DNA of 64,000 bases. Source: Eledone cirrhosa (lineage: Eukaryota). Made by a program: the position numbers and the translations under genes. Under the pieces are notes generated by a model. The model saw only the letters and a program-made list of their open reading frames with translations. It was not told where the DNA came from and ran no database searches. Shown here in pieces: positions 35,320-49,449 of the stretch (position 1 is the stretch's first letter; the number at the start of each line of letters is the position of its first letter). The DNA is taken from NCBI GenBank assembly GCA_964016885.1, contig OZ024743.1, positions 79,236,001 through 79,300,000 of the forward strand. The letters are read 5' to 3'.

Positions 35320-35569
35320 GTCTGGTGGGTGTTTTGGCTGCGCCATGCGGACCAAATTACAAAGGCATTTCCGCGAACAATGGCCAACGACACCCATTGC
35401 AACGGCCACCCCACCTCGTGAGGCTCCCCTTCAGACAGGTTGCTGACGATCCGATTTTAGGGAGGAGCTCGGCTGTACAGTGTCCAAGAACGCATGAGGT
35501 CTTTACGGAGAGCGGTGCTAAAAGGAAGCGACCGGACAAGCCCCAGTATTTGCATGTCTTATGTTCCAA
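35320..35569 (-). pseudogene. CRE-clade (restriction-like endonuclease) non-LTR retrotransposon 3' fragment
   Basis: EHKTCKYWGLSGRFLLAPLSVKTSCVLG and, after a frameshift, GEPHEVGWPLQWVSLAIVRGNA. This resembles the K..KY...F.P.AVET.G and QR.S.A.QRGNA motifs of CRE elements. Confidence 0.65.
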
Positions 35570-35819
35570 TCATCAACTTAATAATGAGAGAGTTATATTA
35601 CTGAATCCATATAGATTTCTGGCTATTTTCAAAATTATTTGAACATCATAGACAGGGTTGTTTTTATTAGAAATATGGTAATGAAAAGGTTAAAGTGTCT
35701 ATATATATCAAAAAAGCTACCACATGATTTTCTGCAAGCAGCTTTCTTAAGTTATGTTCCAAATACTGACTTCATAATGAGAAAGTTAATTATATAACAA
35801 AACCCATTCAAATTCTTTA

Positions 35820-35975
35820 TCTTCTGTCTGAAGCAATCGTCTCCAACAGATCCGGCTGGATCCCCAACCAAGACCAACCAAGCTCATGGATGTTATCCAA
35901 CCATCTTGCTCGTAGTTTACCCTGCGTGTCCTGTCGGTTGGTTTTGCCCGCAAAATCTGTCCAGCGATATGGTGT
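35820..35975 (-). mobile_element. 3' fragment of a second RTE family (same as 50287-50640)
   Basis: cgtctccaac.gatccggctggatcccc...aagctcatggatgttatccaaccatcttgctcg is shared with 50490-50565. Confidence 0.75.
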
Positions 35976-36945
35976 GAAAGGGGTTAACAACTAATCCGAC
36001 TTTATATATCAACATATTGACTCATATTCTATCCACTTACCTTTGTGAATGGCTCAACATCGAACTGCTTATATCAATATGTTTTAGTCACTTCTTCCTG
36101 CTGTTATAAAGCCTCCACCACAACATACATCACGATATATTTTCGATTTTCTCGACATCAAACACAGAATTGCTATTTCAGTTTATTTTCTATGCTAACC
36201 ATTCTTTACATCGCTTTGACTTTTTTCTTCATCTTTTTCCATTTATATTTTCATTATATATTTTCGTTTTTGTGTTAGTTCTCCAAAAGTACTTCATTCT
36301 TCGCCCTAATCGTTTTATATTTATATGTTCTTTTCTTTACATATATTGGCAGACTTTCTATTACTTTTTGCAAGTGTCTAAGCAACTCGGGTCTTGTTTA
36401 CATTACATATATATTTTTTATACAAAATTAAATACATATTGTCCGCATTATTGATGTTTTCAAGTGTGACCCCATTTTGGTTGTTGATTATTTCAAAGTC
36501 TATTTTCTTTTCTTTGTAGTTCTTTGAGGTGCATTAGGTTTTCTAAGCCTACGTCTACCTTGTATTATATTTATTTTTGGTGTTTCTGTTTCAGCTTTAT
36601 CAGACATTTCTTATATTTCATGTTGAATCTCGCTCTCCTTCTCTCTATCTCTCTCACCCTCTCTCTATCTGTCTCTCTTTCTCTCTCTATATATATTTCT
36701 CTCTCTTTCTCTCTCTCTCTCCCTTTGAGAATTATATTAAAGGCATACGTGTCTGTCGAATACTCAGCCACTTGCATGTTAATTCCAAGAGAGGGGTGTG
36801 CCATTGATCAAACAACTGGAACACTCGTCGTCGTAACCAGCGGAGGTCCATTCTATCTAATCATAGAAGAGAAGTAGAGAGACAAAGAAAATAAAGAAGG
36901 AAGTGTGTTGTTAATTAGGACTGAGTATTATTAAAGGTAATTATT

Positions 36946-37136
36946 GGTGGATTGGCAGTATCGGTAGAGGGTGGGACGCCATGCTTTGACGCACAGAGTT
37001 ACGGCCCTTGCCATTCTTAATTCAAATCCCGCCGAGGTTAACTTTGCCTTTCATCCTTACGGGGTCGATAAAATAAAGTACCAGTAATACACTGGAATAA
37101 TTGCTGGCCTTGTGCCAAACGTAGAAACAATTATTA
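36946..37136 (+). mobile_element. Family A SINE
   Basis: Full consensus match. Confidence 0.88.
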
Positions 37137-37220
37137 CTAATTGGAGACGGGACAGAGTAAAGAAATAATTGGGTCTCACAATAAACTGAAACTGAGAAGA
37201 GAGAGATAGAAAGAGGGGGG

Positions 37221-37321
37221 TAACAACAACAACAGCAGCAGCAGCAACAACAGCAACAACAGCAACAACAACAGCAGCAATAACAACAACAACAACAGCA
37301 GCAATAGCAACAACAACAACA

Positions 37322-37356
<35 letters not shown>

Positions 37357-37376
37357 AGCCGCAAAAACAACAACAG

Positions 37377-37428
<52 letters not shown>

Positions 37429-37550
37429 AGCAACAACAACAACAAACACAACAGCAGAAACAACAACAACAACAACAAGAACAACAACAACAGCAGCAAC
37501 AACAGCAACAACAGCAACAACAGTAACAACAACAGCAACAATAACAACAA
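37221..37550. repeat. (CAA/CAG)n microsatellite
   Basis: Direct reading. Confidence 0.95.
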
Positions 37551-37683
37551 TAGGTTAAAATCTGCAACATCCCTAATTACGACAATAAATAGCTGTCACA
37601 TTGTATTAATTAGTGATTAATTACAAATTAATTACAGACCTAAACAAGTTGTTACGTATGTAAATAGTATTACTGTATTATAG

Positions 37684-37803
37684 ATCTGAGTTCAAATCCC
37701 GCCGAGGTTGACTTTGCCTTTCATCCTTACGGGGTCGATAAAATAAAGTACCAGTAATGCACTGGGTAATTGCTGGCCTTGTGCCTAAAGTAGAAACAAG
37801 TAT
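37684..37803 (+). mobile_element. 5'-truncated family A SINE
   Basis: B box, core and tail. Confidence 0.85.
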
Positions 37804-38127
37804 TGTATCTCTACAATATGTTTCTTGGGGATCTTTGAAGGGACGAGGACAGCAATTTTAAAGGGATCAAGTCACATCTATGTCCTTTTGTTTTGTAAGG
37901 ATATTATGTAAAGGGTCAAAGGGTAAAGAACTCCCTTGGTCACGAGTGAAGCAGGATTTGTACATAGAAAGTTGTCGGAGACCCACTCCCGGGGAAGGTG
38001 TTGTGGTGGAAGATCAGCAGTCGCCCACACCAGTCTCACCGCCACCAATATTATCCAAGGGTAAGGCAGACACACCATTGACCTCGTATCTCATATACAC
38101 TATATATATTATATTATATATACACTG

Positions 38128-38330
38128 CATTGGTAGAGCGTCGGACGCCATGCTTTGCATCATAGAGTTACGCCCCTTTATGATCTGAGTTCAAACCCCG
38201 CCGAGGTTAACTTTGCATTTCATCCATATGGGGTCGATAAAATAAAGTACCAGTCACGCACTGGGGTCAAGTTAATCGACTTTCCCCTCCCCCAAAATTG
38301 CTGCCCGTGTGCCTATATAAGAAACCATTA
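38128..38330 (+). mobile_element. Family A SINE
   Basis: ttggtagagcgtcggacgccatgc...gagttcaaacccc...gggtcgataaaataaagtaccag. Confidence 0.85.
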
Positions 38331-38629
38331 TATATACACTATATAAAGTATATATACACTATATATAATATATTTTATACAAACTATCTACAGTATACAT
38401 TATATATAGATTATGTACAGTATATATACATATACGGTATATATGATGTTGTCCAAGTGACGTCGTAACTCATCTCTACAGCTGAGTAAACTGGAGCAGC
38501 GCCAAATAAAGTGTCTTGCTCAAGAACACAACGCACCGGAAATGGAACTCACAGCCTCACGATTATGATTCCGATGATTTAACCAGTAAGCTACGCAGAT
38601 GATTTATGTATGTTTTACAAGTGTGTATG

Positions 38630-38771
<142 letters not shown>

Positions 38772-39480
38772 TATATATATATATATTATACGCACACCGT
38801 AAACAACAGAGGCCACGAGTTGTCCCTCTTCGACAAAAAGCTTTTCCCCTCGGAAAAACCCCACCTGATGGACGTGAAATCCGAAATATAGGGACAATTA
38901 AATCACTTCGAAGGTAACTCTATCTCATGTTATTATTTATAAAGTACCAGTAATGCACTGGGTAATTTGCTGGCCTTGTGCCAAACGTAGAAACAATTAT
39001 TTTTACATTCTTTCCTACGTTCCTCTACGCCCTCTACGTTTCTTTCTACATTCCTCTTACATTTCTCTCTCTCTCTCTCTATCGCTCTCTTTCTCTCTCC
39101 CTCTCTCTCTCACACTCTCTCTCTCTCTACAGTAGTATGTATATACTAGTATGTATATAATTCGGGCTGTTTCTTTACAAACAAACCGAACATTATAATA
39201 AATGTTCGGTAAACCCATACGTACATATATATATATATGTACATGTATGTATATACATACTACTGTACGTCTGTATACATATATGTATGTACGTATACAT
39301 ACTTATATTTAAGTATCAGCCGTACTAAGAGTGAGAAATGAAATTTCATTTTTTCCATTTATTGTTTTCGGTACACCCGGCCGACTAACTCACACGATAT
39401 GCAAATTAGGCTGCTCAGCCGTTAATATGCATAAGGAAAGTATATACTTTGAAACGTTCAATCAACTGACAGGAAGGTAT

Positions 39481-39523
39481 ACGGTGCTGATGACAGCTAA
39501 TAAGCTTGAAACTAGTTCATCGT
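39481..39523 (+). ncRNA. Minimal type I hammerhead ribozyme motif
   Basis: acggtg-CTGATGA-c agct aata agct t-GAAA-ctag-TT-catcgt. Stem I is 6 bp, stem III is palindromic, and the base of stem II is mismatched. Confidence 0.65.
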
Positions 39524-40343
39524 TCCTTTGTCAGTATTGAACAAAAGGGCAACGATGGTTGCCGAACATGTACGTACATATATATATGTGTGTATGTATG
39601 TATATACATACTACTGTACGTTTGTATACATATTTGTATGTACGTATACATACTTATATAGATATATATAAAATAATAATGATACTATTTATAGTTATGT
39701 ATATACTCTAAACAACTATAAACAGGAAAGGTCAGTAATTTATTACTACCTTATTACCAGTAAGAGAAATAGCTCAATGTAAGAACATCAATTGTTTTAC
39801 AGAGCAGGAATATAAATTACACAATTATCAAAGTTATGTTCAAATCATTTAATTGCTGACAATCGTTTCTTCCAAACTTTCGTTTGAAATCATCGGAGCA
39901 TTAACAATGTTTGTACATATAATTAACCTCCTATTCAACTGAACAATCATATAGATACATATATATTGATGTTGTGAGCAACAGTTTTCTATTTACAGTG
40001 TGGAATGGAAGCGACATATATTATACGAGAATTGTACAAAAATTCAAATTTAAATTAAAAGCACAGAGTGGAATACATGCGACAGATAATACAAGAGAAT
40101 AGTGTAATAATTAAAGAGGCATTGAGAAAGAATGAGGACATTAGCAATACATATTCAAGCGTGTAGAAAGTGCACATGCGTTAGTCATATATATGAGAAG
40201 GAAATAAGCAAAGGTATTAGGCATATATAAATAAGTAAATAAATACTGTATGGCAAAGGTATCACATAAAATTCCAAGCAAATGTGTTAGAAATTCTTGT
40301 GCTTTTCAAAAGTAGAATTGAGATGGAGGGTTTGTGGTTTTCA

Positions 40344-40420
<77 letters not shown>

Positions 40421-40607
40421 GCTAATTAGAAGAAGAAATAGTATATATTTTATCTGATGATTCTAAAGACATGATTTATGATATATATATATATATATAT
40501 ATTTACAGTTGTAAACCATGAATAAATCAGTTGTATATGTTAGTGATTATTGAAGTACTTAACGGGTCCTATATGTTACATTTAACTTGTGTCAATTATC
40601 ACCTCTG

Positions 40608-40968
40608 AAGGCCTCTGTTTTACCTCTGTTCTGGATCTATTACCATCTTGCGTGGGGCCTACTTTTTACATCTGGTTTGGACTTATTACCAGTTTTGGAA
40701 GGCCTACATTTTACATCTCGTCTGGGCCTATTACCAGATCTGGTCGCCTATATTTCTCATGTGGTCTGGGTCTATTAGCAAACCTGGTGGCCTATATTTT
40801 ACAGCTGGTCTGGACCTATTACCAGATCTGGTGGCCTATATTCTCCATCTGATCTGGGCCTATTCCCAGCTATGGAGGCCTTCATTTTACATCTGGTCTG
40901 GACCTATTACCAGATCTGGTGGCCTATATTTTACATCTGGTCTGGGTCTATTACCAGATCTGGTGGCT
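40608..40968. repeat. 44-bp minisatellite, ~8 copies
   Basis: ggcctatattttacatctggtctggacctattaccagatctggt at 40789, 40833, 40921 and others. Confidence 0.9.
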
Positions 40969-41062
40969 TTTACCAAATATATGTATGTGTTCCCAAGTAG
41001 AAAAATATGTCAAGTATGATTTATGAATATATCTATACATATATATAAAACTGAAATTGTCT

Positions 41063-41140
<78 letters not shown>

Positions 41141-43339
41141 TAAGTTTTGCAAAGTCTATACAAACCCACATTTCTACTCCGATTGACTGCAAAATTGCAT
41201 TTATATATTCCTTGCTGTCTAAAGATATTAACTGCAGCTTTTATTTTTCAATTTTCTGTTGTTAAAAGGGTGTTAGGCGCCGGTTATATCTCTCCCCCCT
41301 CTCTCTCTCTCTCTCTCTCTGTCTCTCTTTATTAGTCTGTCTTTTTAGATAGATACATAGCTATAAGGTCGCGCCCTAATAATATCTGTCTGTATGTCTG
41401 GCTGTCTGCATTACGACATTGTGACAAACATGGTTCTCATTGCTGACGTATTTTCTACGCTATTTTCCGTTCATTGCCAGGGAACGTCTGCACGAACCAA
41501 AGTATCGTCTTCCTGTTTTCCTTCGGTTGCAACGTTTTTCGAAATATTTACTTCTGCATTCACAGATTGATTTTTTTTAGTTTCAGGAGATCCCGTTAAG
41601 GGTAAAAGCACACGTTGTAAGCAATGCCAATTTCAGTGCTGCTACATAGGACTCCCATTACCACTGAACTTTCACCTTTGCGTTCTGCATTTCCATCCGC
41701 AGGCCAACATGGAATGGTCTTCATAGTAGTCAGTTTATTGAGGGAGAAACAGAAGGGTCTCGAATTTGCCGTCCAAAAACCCATTGACAATAACGAAAAC
41801 CGCTAACATCAACGCAGAATGATACATTGTAGGTCGCTTTAACCTGTCTTTTATTAATCAAAAAACTTATTGCCAATAAACATTAACCCTTTGTGCGCCA
41901 TTCATTTAACTGTAGACCAACAAATACCAACTAAACGAAGCGTTGACAAGAACGATGACGAATGAATCTTCGAGGTAAGCAGTTTCCTCCTGAGCTGTTA
42001 GTTCACGCGGGATTCTCTGCTACACCTTTTCATAATAATACCTAACAACGTACTGCTGGTTACTCCTTGCTCCAAAAGCCGTACAAAGTGGACATGTGCA
42101 TCGGGCAGATGGATTGGGTGCAAATCTACACCAGGCCTACGCGAGAAATTCGCAAGGGACTGCACCGAGTGGGATAGAGAGAAAGAGTAACTTAGTGGAA
42201 AATGTGCGAATGAACTTTTGAGGTAAATAGCCTATGCCTTATTGCTATGACACTGGAATCTTCTGCCAACTTAACCTGTGACTTTCTCTTTCACATTTAC
42301 TCCAAAAGGCCAAAACAGAGGAGTATGAAAAGAAGGGGCTCAACAATATTTCTATGAACAATGGACGTAGACAGCTAAACTGTACTTTCAACTTCTTAAT
42401 TTTTTCCAAATATAACAAGTCTCCTGTCGGTATATTTTCGTGAGTTTTTAACAGGCACTCACAAATAAACGTTTCTCATTGGAGGTACTATTACCAATGG
42501 TCTTACCCGTGCAACGCCGGGATACACTGCTACTTATTGATAATATTACACTTTCGTCGTTATACATACATATCTACATTCATATATATATATGTGTGTG
42601 TGCGTGTGTGTGTATATATATATATATGCGCAAATATACAAACTCACGTACCCACACTCATAATCATATATATACATTCATTCATATGCATATATACATA
42701 TATACATACATATTTATATCGCCACAGTGGTTGACCTTCATGTGATTATACTTGACTGTGTCAACAGGATGTGTTTCTATAATAATTTCTTTTCCTCGTG
42801 TTTTTAATTATCAACTTTTCCTCTTCATTCATGTTGTGGTGACGGCTCAGCCATGTGTGCAGGACAGGGCCGGTGTTATTATTAAGGTCAACTAGGCAGC
42901 GACCTAGGACGCAAACTTAATAGAGAGCAGTATTGTTTGTATGTATGTATGTATGTATGTATGTATGTATGTATGTATGTATGTATGTATGTATGTATGT
43001 ATGTATGTATGTTTCTCTTTCTCTTAATTTAGAGTATATTTTTGACCGGCCACCTTCCTGGTGGCAAGGTTGTAAAAGAAAATAAATGTTTTGCACATTT
43101 TGAAAGTACCAGCTGTCGCAGCCATTTGTTGTCTATGAATTAGGAAGCTGTGCTCTTTGCCCACAAATCCAAGTTAAGTTATACTTTGGTCCAAGGGGGT
43201 TGGTGCAGACATACGGCGTTTGTAGAGTATTTTTAGACCTGGCAGAGCCCATCCCTCTCCAGGTTTGAATACAGCAGATTTCTTCTAGAGAAGGATAGAG
43301 AGGGAGAGAATGGAAGTGAGAAAGAGATATAGAGGAAGA

Positions 43340-43497
43340 ATCGACCCCGGTACTTGACTAGTACTTTTTATCGACCTTAAATTAATGAAAGGTAAAATAG
43401 ACCTCAGCGGGATTTGAACTCAAAGAACAGAGAGCTAGAACGAATACTGCAAAGCATTCTATCTGACGTTTTTGAGACTATGCCATTTGATCGCCTC
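43340..43497 (-). mobile_element. Degenerate family A SINE
   Basis: tatcgacc...atgaaaggtaaaatagacctcagcgggatttgaactc. Confidence 0.75.
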
Positions 43498-43550
43498 TAG
43501 TGAGGAGTATTACTGAATCTTAAAGGAACAGATTGTTATATAAATATACC

Positions 43551-43823
43551 TGATGGCTGCAACTCGATTCCGAATAATGCCATCGCGTAATACTTAAACT
43601 TGAGCATCAAGGATGTGGCTTTTTAGTCCTGTTAGGGACTTGCCTATCGTCAGCAATACTATTCATCGCAAAAAGTCTCACATATCAAACGATACTTCTG
43701 CTTGAAGCTTTTTTTTAAGTGAGGAAAGATTTTGCACGGTCCAATCCCACTTTCGGAACATCCAACGCAATTGCCCAAAACGAAGAACTCGTCTACATCA
43801 TTGGATGCATACGAAGTCGCAGG
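43551..43823 (-). mobile_element. Third internally deleted RTE derivative, old and divergent
   Basis: Minus strand reads cctgcgac...caatgatgtagac...aagtgggattgg...tctttcctcacttaaaaaa (5' domain), then aagtccctaacaggactaaaaagccacatc (KSLTGLKSHI), then atggcattattcggaatcgagttgcagccatca (3' hairpin). Confidence 0.75.
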
Positions 43824-45517
43824 ACACGATCATAGATAGGTTGTACTTGGTCACATGTTACCAGTAGCACTGAATAGCGACCTGACAAACATACATACAT
43901 TCATACATACATACATACATACATACATACATACATACATACATACATACATACATACATAGCGTTGTGGAATTATCCAAAGTAATGGCTAGGGTCGTAT
44001 GGTGTTATGACCAACCACATGATCTGGCCTAGGGGATCGTGGACTGTGTAGTGGAAAAAGCAGGTTTAGTCATTTTCTTAATGTTTTTAGTGTAAGAAGT
44101 GCAACAAATACAGTTTGTCAGCTTGCCAAATTGTACGTTGAAATTATTTGAGTGAATGAAATGTACGTTTTCTAGCTAGCCTGGGATTCTAAATCCGTAG
44201 GCGGCAGTCCTGTCTATTTGTATGTATTTGTTTTCATTAACTTTATTTAAGCCTGTGAAATAGCAGGGTCGTTAGAGCGTCGGCTATAAACCCTTGCAGT
44301 ATTCGCATCGTCTGCATTCTAAGTTCAAATCCCACTGTTGTCGTTACTACGGTTCACCATGTCGTGGTAACATTTTTCCGGTAAAACAGGAGGCAGCATT
44401 TCATCCCAGAACAGAGTTGGATAAATACCATTAGACCTACCCAAACCTTCCACCAACCTACTATCATACACTGATACTTTATTTATCGACCCTTAAAGGA
44501 TGAAAAGTTGATCTGAATGAGATTTGGGATTTGAACTGAGAACGTAGAGAACCGGAGCAGATACCTGTGGCGCAGTCTAAACCTTTGCTCACCTGTTGGT
44601 CCATTACTTGATTTTCCGATCTTGGAGAAATAAGCCACAAGATAATCTTTAAATGTGGGAAGATCTGATGTGTTAGAGCTCGTGTTGTCTTTTTACGTCT
44701 GTTTTGTCCTTGTTTCACACGGGTTGGATGAAGCTCGGAAGTTATTCTGGTTTCACGGGTGTTAGTTTACTGAGAGTACAACTCCCTGACCCCTTACTGT
44801 ACGGGATGTCCAGTCTTTTACAGAGCCCTCCTAAGGCTGCTGGTAGCACTACCATTTTCAGTCGAATTAACTGCAGTAACGAGAGATCTACTTTACTAAA
44901 GGACACAACACAGCAACCTGGCTAGGAATCGAACACATAACCTTATTGTCATAGGCTCTACATTCTAACCAAGTGGCCATACGATTTAATATAGACATGA
45001 AATATCAAACTTGATTAAAAGTAGTAAACTATTTGCGTGTAAGGTCAAGAGGGAGATTTAGCTGCCATTTCCAGCAGGTCGAACAACCTCATACAAAGTT
45101 TCATATTGGATTATATTTATATAAAAACTGCTTCACATTTCTAACACTGATTATGACATGATATAAAAATGTAAGGTATGTATAATTTCCTTTGATGTAT
45201 AATCGGTAGGCGTGTTTATGTAAATATGTATATGTATATATATATATATATACATATCTTCTTCGCCCACTTTTTCCTGAGAGAGTCGTGAAAATATATA
45301 TATATATATATTCATATATAAATACATAATCGGAGAAAGCTAAAAGCGATACTCCGGCCAAATTCCACCTCACTCAACAGACATTAGGAAATACCTGAGT
45401 ATATTCCCAATTAAACGTTTGGGGTGCTAACTATATTGTATTGTGTGGATAATTGGCTGTATTATTTCATATGAGATATATCAAATATATATATATATAT
45501 ATATATATTCACATATT

Positions 45518-45564
<47 letters not shown>

Positions 45565-45675
45565 CTGTGTGTGTGCGTGTGCGTGTGTGTGTGTATATAT
45601 ATATATATGTATGTACATGTATCTGTATACACAGATGTACATACATGATATAACAAGAATGCAAATGTATATATG

Positions 45676-45770
<95 letters not shown>

Positions 45771-46033
45771 TGTTTGTGTGCGTATGTATTTATGTGCGTG
45801 TGTGTATATATGTATGTGTGTGCCTATGCGTCTGTATACATATATGTGTATGTGTAAGCAATATCTTACCATCACCAGTTCCCACATATATAGTTCTGGA
45901 CAAGGCGGTGTTTATTAAGTTATCTTGTCTTGTTTGTAAAGGGCGTGGTGAACATTCTCAATACGATCTCTTCAAGGGCTTCACAGAACACGGAGTCTTT
46001 TACACATACGTACACAATTAGACCCACACACGC

Positions 46034-46085
<52 letters not shown>

Positions 46086-46582
46086 GTACAAACACACACA
46101 CATATATATATATTCACGTACACACACTCACACTCATACATAGATAATGTTTGTCTTTCTGTGTGTGAAGTTTTTAGTAATAGTTGAAATTTTGTATAGA
46201 TTACTATAGATTACTAAATATATGTTAGTGAGGGCGTGTCATCTTTAGACACCTTGAAACCGTGAAATACCGATCTAGCAGGTTTTCTGAGCTTCTCCGT
46301 ACCAAACATTTTCAGTTCAAATTCCAGAAGGTTTCTTCCTTTATTATTTATATTGTAGTGCTAGGATGGTGGATTGACAGAATTAGTAGAGCGTCGGGCG
46401 AAATGCTTTGTGGTACGTGTATATATTCCGACTATTTACGTTCTGTATTCAAATTCCACCAAAGTGAACTTTACTTTCTGTTCGGTGGTTGATAACATAA
46501 AGTACCACTTATGTCCTCCATAGATATCGACTTTCTCCACCTCCCCAGACTGCTAGTCATATACTTAAATCAGAAACCGGTG

Positions 46583-46638
<56 letters not shown>

Positions 46639-46734
46639 ATACTTTGGGAGGGTCATGTTGCCGATAAAAACACACGCACCTGATGGTTTTCCCTACAATT
46701 TATTATGAATTTCCGGTTGGTTGGTTGAGACACA

Positions 46735-46862
46735 TTAGAGAACATAGAGATAAAAATGATATCGTCACACAGAAAAGATGCGATGCTCAGACAAATCACA
46801 GAGGCGACATAAACGAACTCCAACTAAAATTAAACAGAAAACATGAGTGGAATGGCAACATC
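46735..46862 (+). pseudogene. Probable Penelope-like GIY-YIG C-terminal fragment
   Basis: KDAMLRQITEA...(frameshift)...LNRKHEWN resembles the R..EA...LN...EW terminus of PLE endonucleases. Confidence 0.5.
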
Positions 46863-47116
46863 ACAACTAGTAAATAAGGACAAAATGAAGACATACAGAC
46901 ACACACAAAATCAAACTAACAAAACAAATCAGACACACACAGATAGAACAAACAAACAACCAGTGACAAGTAAATAAACACATAAATAAATAAAAGCACA
47001 CACACAAACCCGGGTGTAACGCATGCGCAAACTAAGCATACAACATAGAAAAACAAGATGGTATTGGACAGAACAAAGGAGAAACAAAATTAAAATCCTA
47101 GTCACTGAGGAGGTCA

Positions 47117-47154
<38 letters not shown>

Positions 47155-47167
47155 TTATATATATATA

Positions 47168-47261
<94 letters not shown>

Positions 47262-47264
47262 TAC

Positions 47265-47299
<35 letters not shown>

Positions 47300-47304
47300 T
47301 GTAT

Positions 47305-47620
47305 GTGAGCTTGCAATCCGGGTTGTTGAGAGTTCGATTCTCGGACCGGGTGATGTGCATTGTGTCGTTGAGCAAGACACTTTATTCCACGTTGCTCCAG
47401 TTTACTCAGCTGTAGAAATGAGTTGTGATGTCACTGGTGCCAAGCTGTATCGGCCATTGCCTTTCCCTTGGACAACATTGGTGATGGGGAGAGGAGAGAC
47501 TGTTATACATGGGAGGCTGCTGGCCTTCCACAAACAACCTTGCTTGGACTTGTGCCTCGGAGGGGAATTTTCAAGGGGAAAACCCCATGATCATTCGTGA
47601 CTGAAAGGGGTCTTTACCCT
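47305..47620 (+). mobile_element. Family B tRNA-derived SINE
   Basis: B box gagttcgattctc, ttgagcaagacactttattccacgttgctccag, and 3' part ...catgatcattcgtgactgaaaggggtctttacc. Confidence 0.8.
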
Positions 47621-47802
47621 ATGTATACGTACTAATGTGATATATATATCCACTCATGTCGTATTAAGTACACATTCATCTGATGTTAAGTACCCACTAA
47701 AGTAGCATTAGTTACCTACTCATTTGATATTTTGTACACCTTCATGTGACATGTACCCACAAAGGTGCAAATCCCATGACCGAAGGGGGTCTTCATCCTT
47801 TT

Positions 47803-49037
47803 TATGTATGTAAACTCGTATATAAAGTCTGCCATGTATGTAAATGTGTATATAAAGTCTGCCATGTATGTAAATGTGTATATAAAGTCTGCCATGTATG
47901 TAAATGTGTATATAAAGTCTGCCATGTAAATAAATGTGTATATAAAGTCTGCCATGTATGTAAACGTGTATATAAGGTCTGCCATGTATGTAAACGTGTA
48001 TATAAAGTCTCCATGTATGTAAACTCGTATATAAAGTCTGCCATGTATGTAAACGTATGTATATAAAGTATGTCATGTATGTAAACGGGTATATAAAGTC
48101 TGCCATGTATGTAAATGTGTATATAAAGTCTGCCATGTAAATAAATGTGTATATAAAGTCTGCCATGTATGTAAACGTGTATATAAGGTCTGCCATGTAT
48201 GTAAACGTGTATATAAAGTCTCCATGTATGTAAACGTGTATATAAAGTCTGCCATGTATGTAAACGTGTATATAAAGTCTGCCATGTATGTAAACGTGTG
48301 TATATAAAGTCTGCCATGTATGTAAATGTGTATATAAAGTCTGCCATGTATGTAAATGTGTATATAAAGTCTGCCATGTATGTAAATGTGTATATAAAGT
48401 CTGCCATGTATGTAAATGTGTATATAAAGTCTGCCATGTATGTAAACGTGTATATAAAGTCTGCCATGTATGTAAATGTGTGTATAAAGTCTGCCATGTA
48501 TGTAAATGTGTATATAAAGTCTGCCATGTATGTAAATGTGTGTATAAAGTCTGCCATGTATGTAAATGTGTATATAAAGTCTGCCATGTATGTAAATGTG
48601 TATATAAAGTCTGCCATGTATGTAGATGTGTATATAAAGTCTCTATGTATGTAAATGTGTATATAAAGTCTGCCATGTATGTAAATGTGTATATAAAGTC
48701 TGCCATGTATGTAAATGTGTATATAAAGTCTCTATGTATGTAAATGTGTATATAAAGTCTGCCATGTATGTAAACGTGTATATAAAGTCTGCCATGTATG
48801 TAAATGTGTATATAAAGTCTGCCATGTATGTAAATGTGTATATAAAGTCTGCCATGTATGTAAATGTGTATATAAAGTCTGCCATGTATGTAAACGTGTA
48901 TATAAAGTCTGCCATGTATGTAAATGTGTATATAAAGTCTGCCATGTATGTAAATGTGTATATAAAGTCTGCCATGTATGTAAATGTGTATATAAAGTCT
49001 GCCATGTATGTAAATGTGTATATAAAGTCTGCCATGC
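47803..49037. repeat. 30-bp minisatellite (TGTATGTAAATGTGTATATAAAGTCTGCCA), ~41 copies
   Basis: Direct periodicity. Confidence 0.96.
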
Positions 49038-49128
49038 ATGACAGCTAGATCCGAACTATACATATCCGTATGTGATTGACGGCCAAGAGAAAGAGTACTC
49101 AATACTCAAAGTAGAGTTCTAATATTCA

Positions 49129-49260
49129 AGGCTAAATAGTGAGTCTTGTTACTCTGGAGTTTCACCTGTTTATCAGAGGTTCATCAGACACAAGTTCTTG
49201 TCTGATGACCCTGTGATAAACAAGCGAAACTCCAGAGTAACAAGACTCACTATTTAGCTT
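49129..49260. ncRNA. Inverted pair of type I hammerhead motifs (+ copy 49196-49245)
   Basis: + strand: tcttgt-CTGATGA-ccctgtgataaacaagc-GAAA-ctc ca gag-TA-acaaga. The - copy has stem II acct/aggt. Confidence 0.8.
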
Positions 49261-49388
49261 TAATAAAATGAACACCCCCTTCCCCATCCCCACCCCCCCC
49301 ACACACACACACACACACACACGCATATATATATATATATATATATATATGAATATATATTTATACATACATATATAAGCTTATATTC

Positions 49389-49449
<61 letters not shown>

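Noticed and set aside
37022-37570. Poly-Cys, poly-Leu or poly-Gln protein
   Set aside because: A (CAA/CAG)n tract with no flanking coding signal.
41400-42500. Possible decayed Helitron or other DNA-transposon coding sequence
   Set aside because: Only a vague motif resemblance, with no supportable frame.
47720-49102. 460-aa repetitive ORF and CRISPR-like periodicity
   Set aside because: It is a 30-bp tandem repeat with no unique spacers and no cas genes, in a eukaryotic context.
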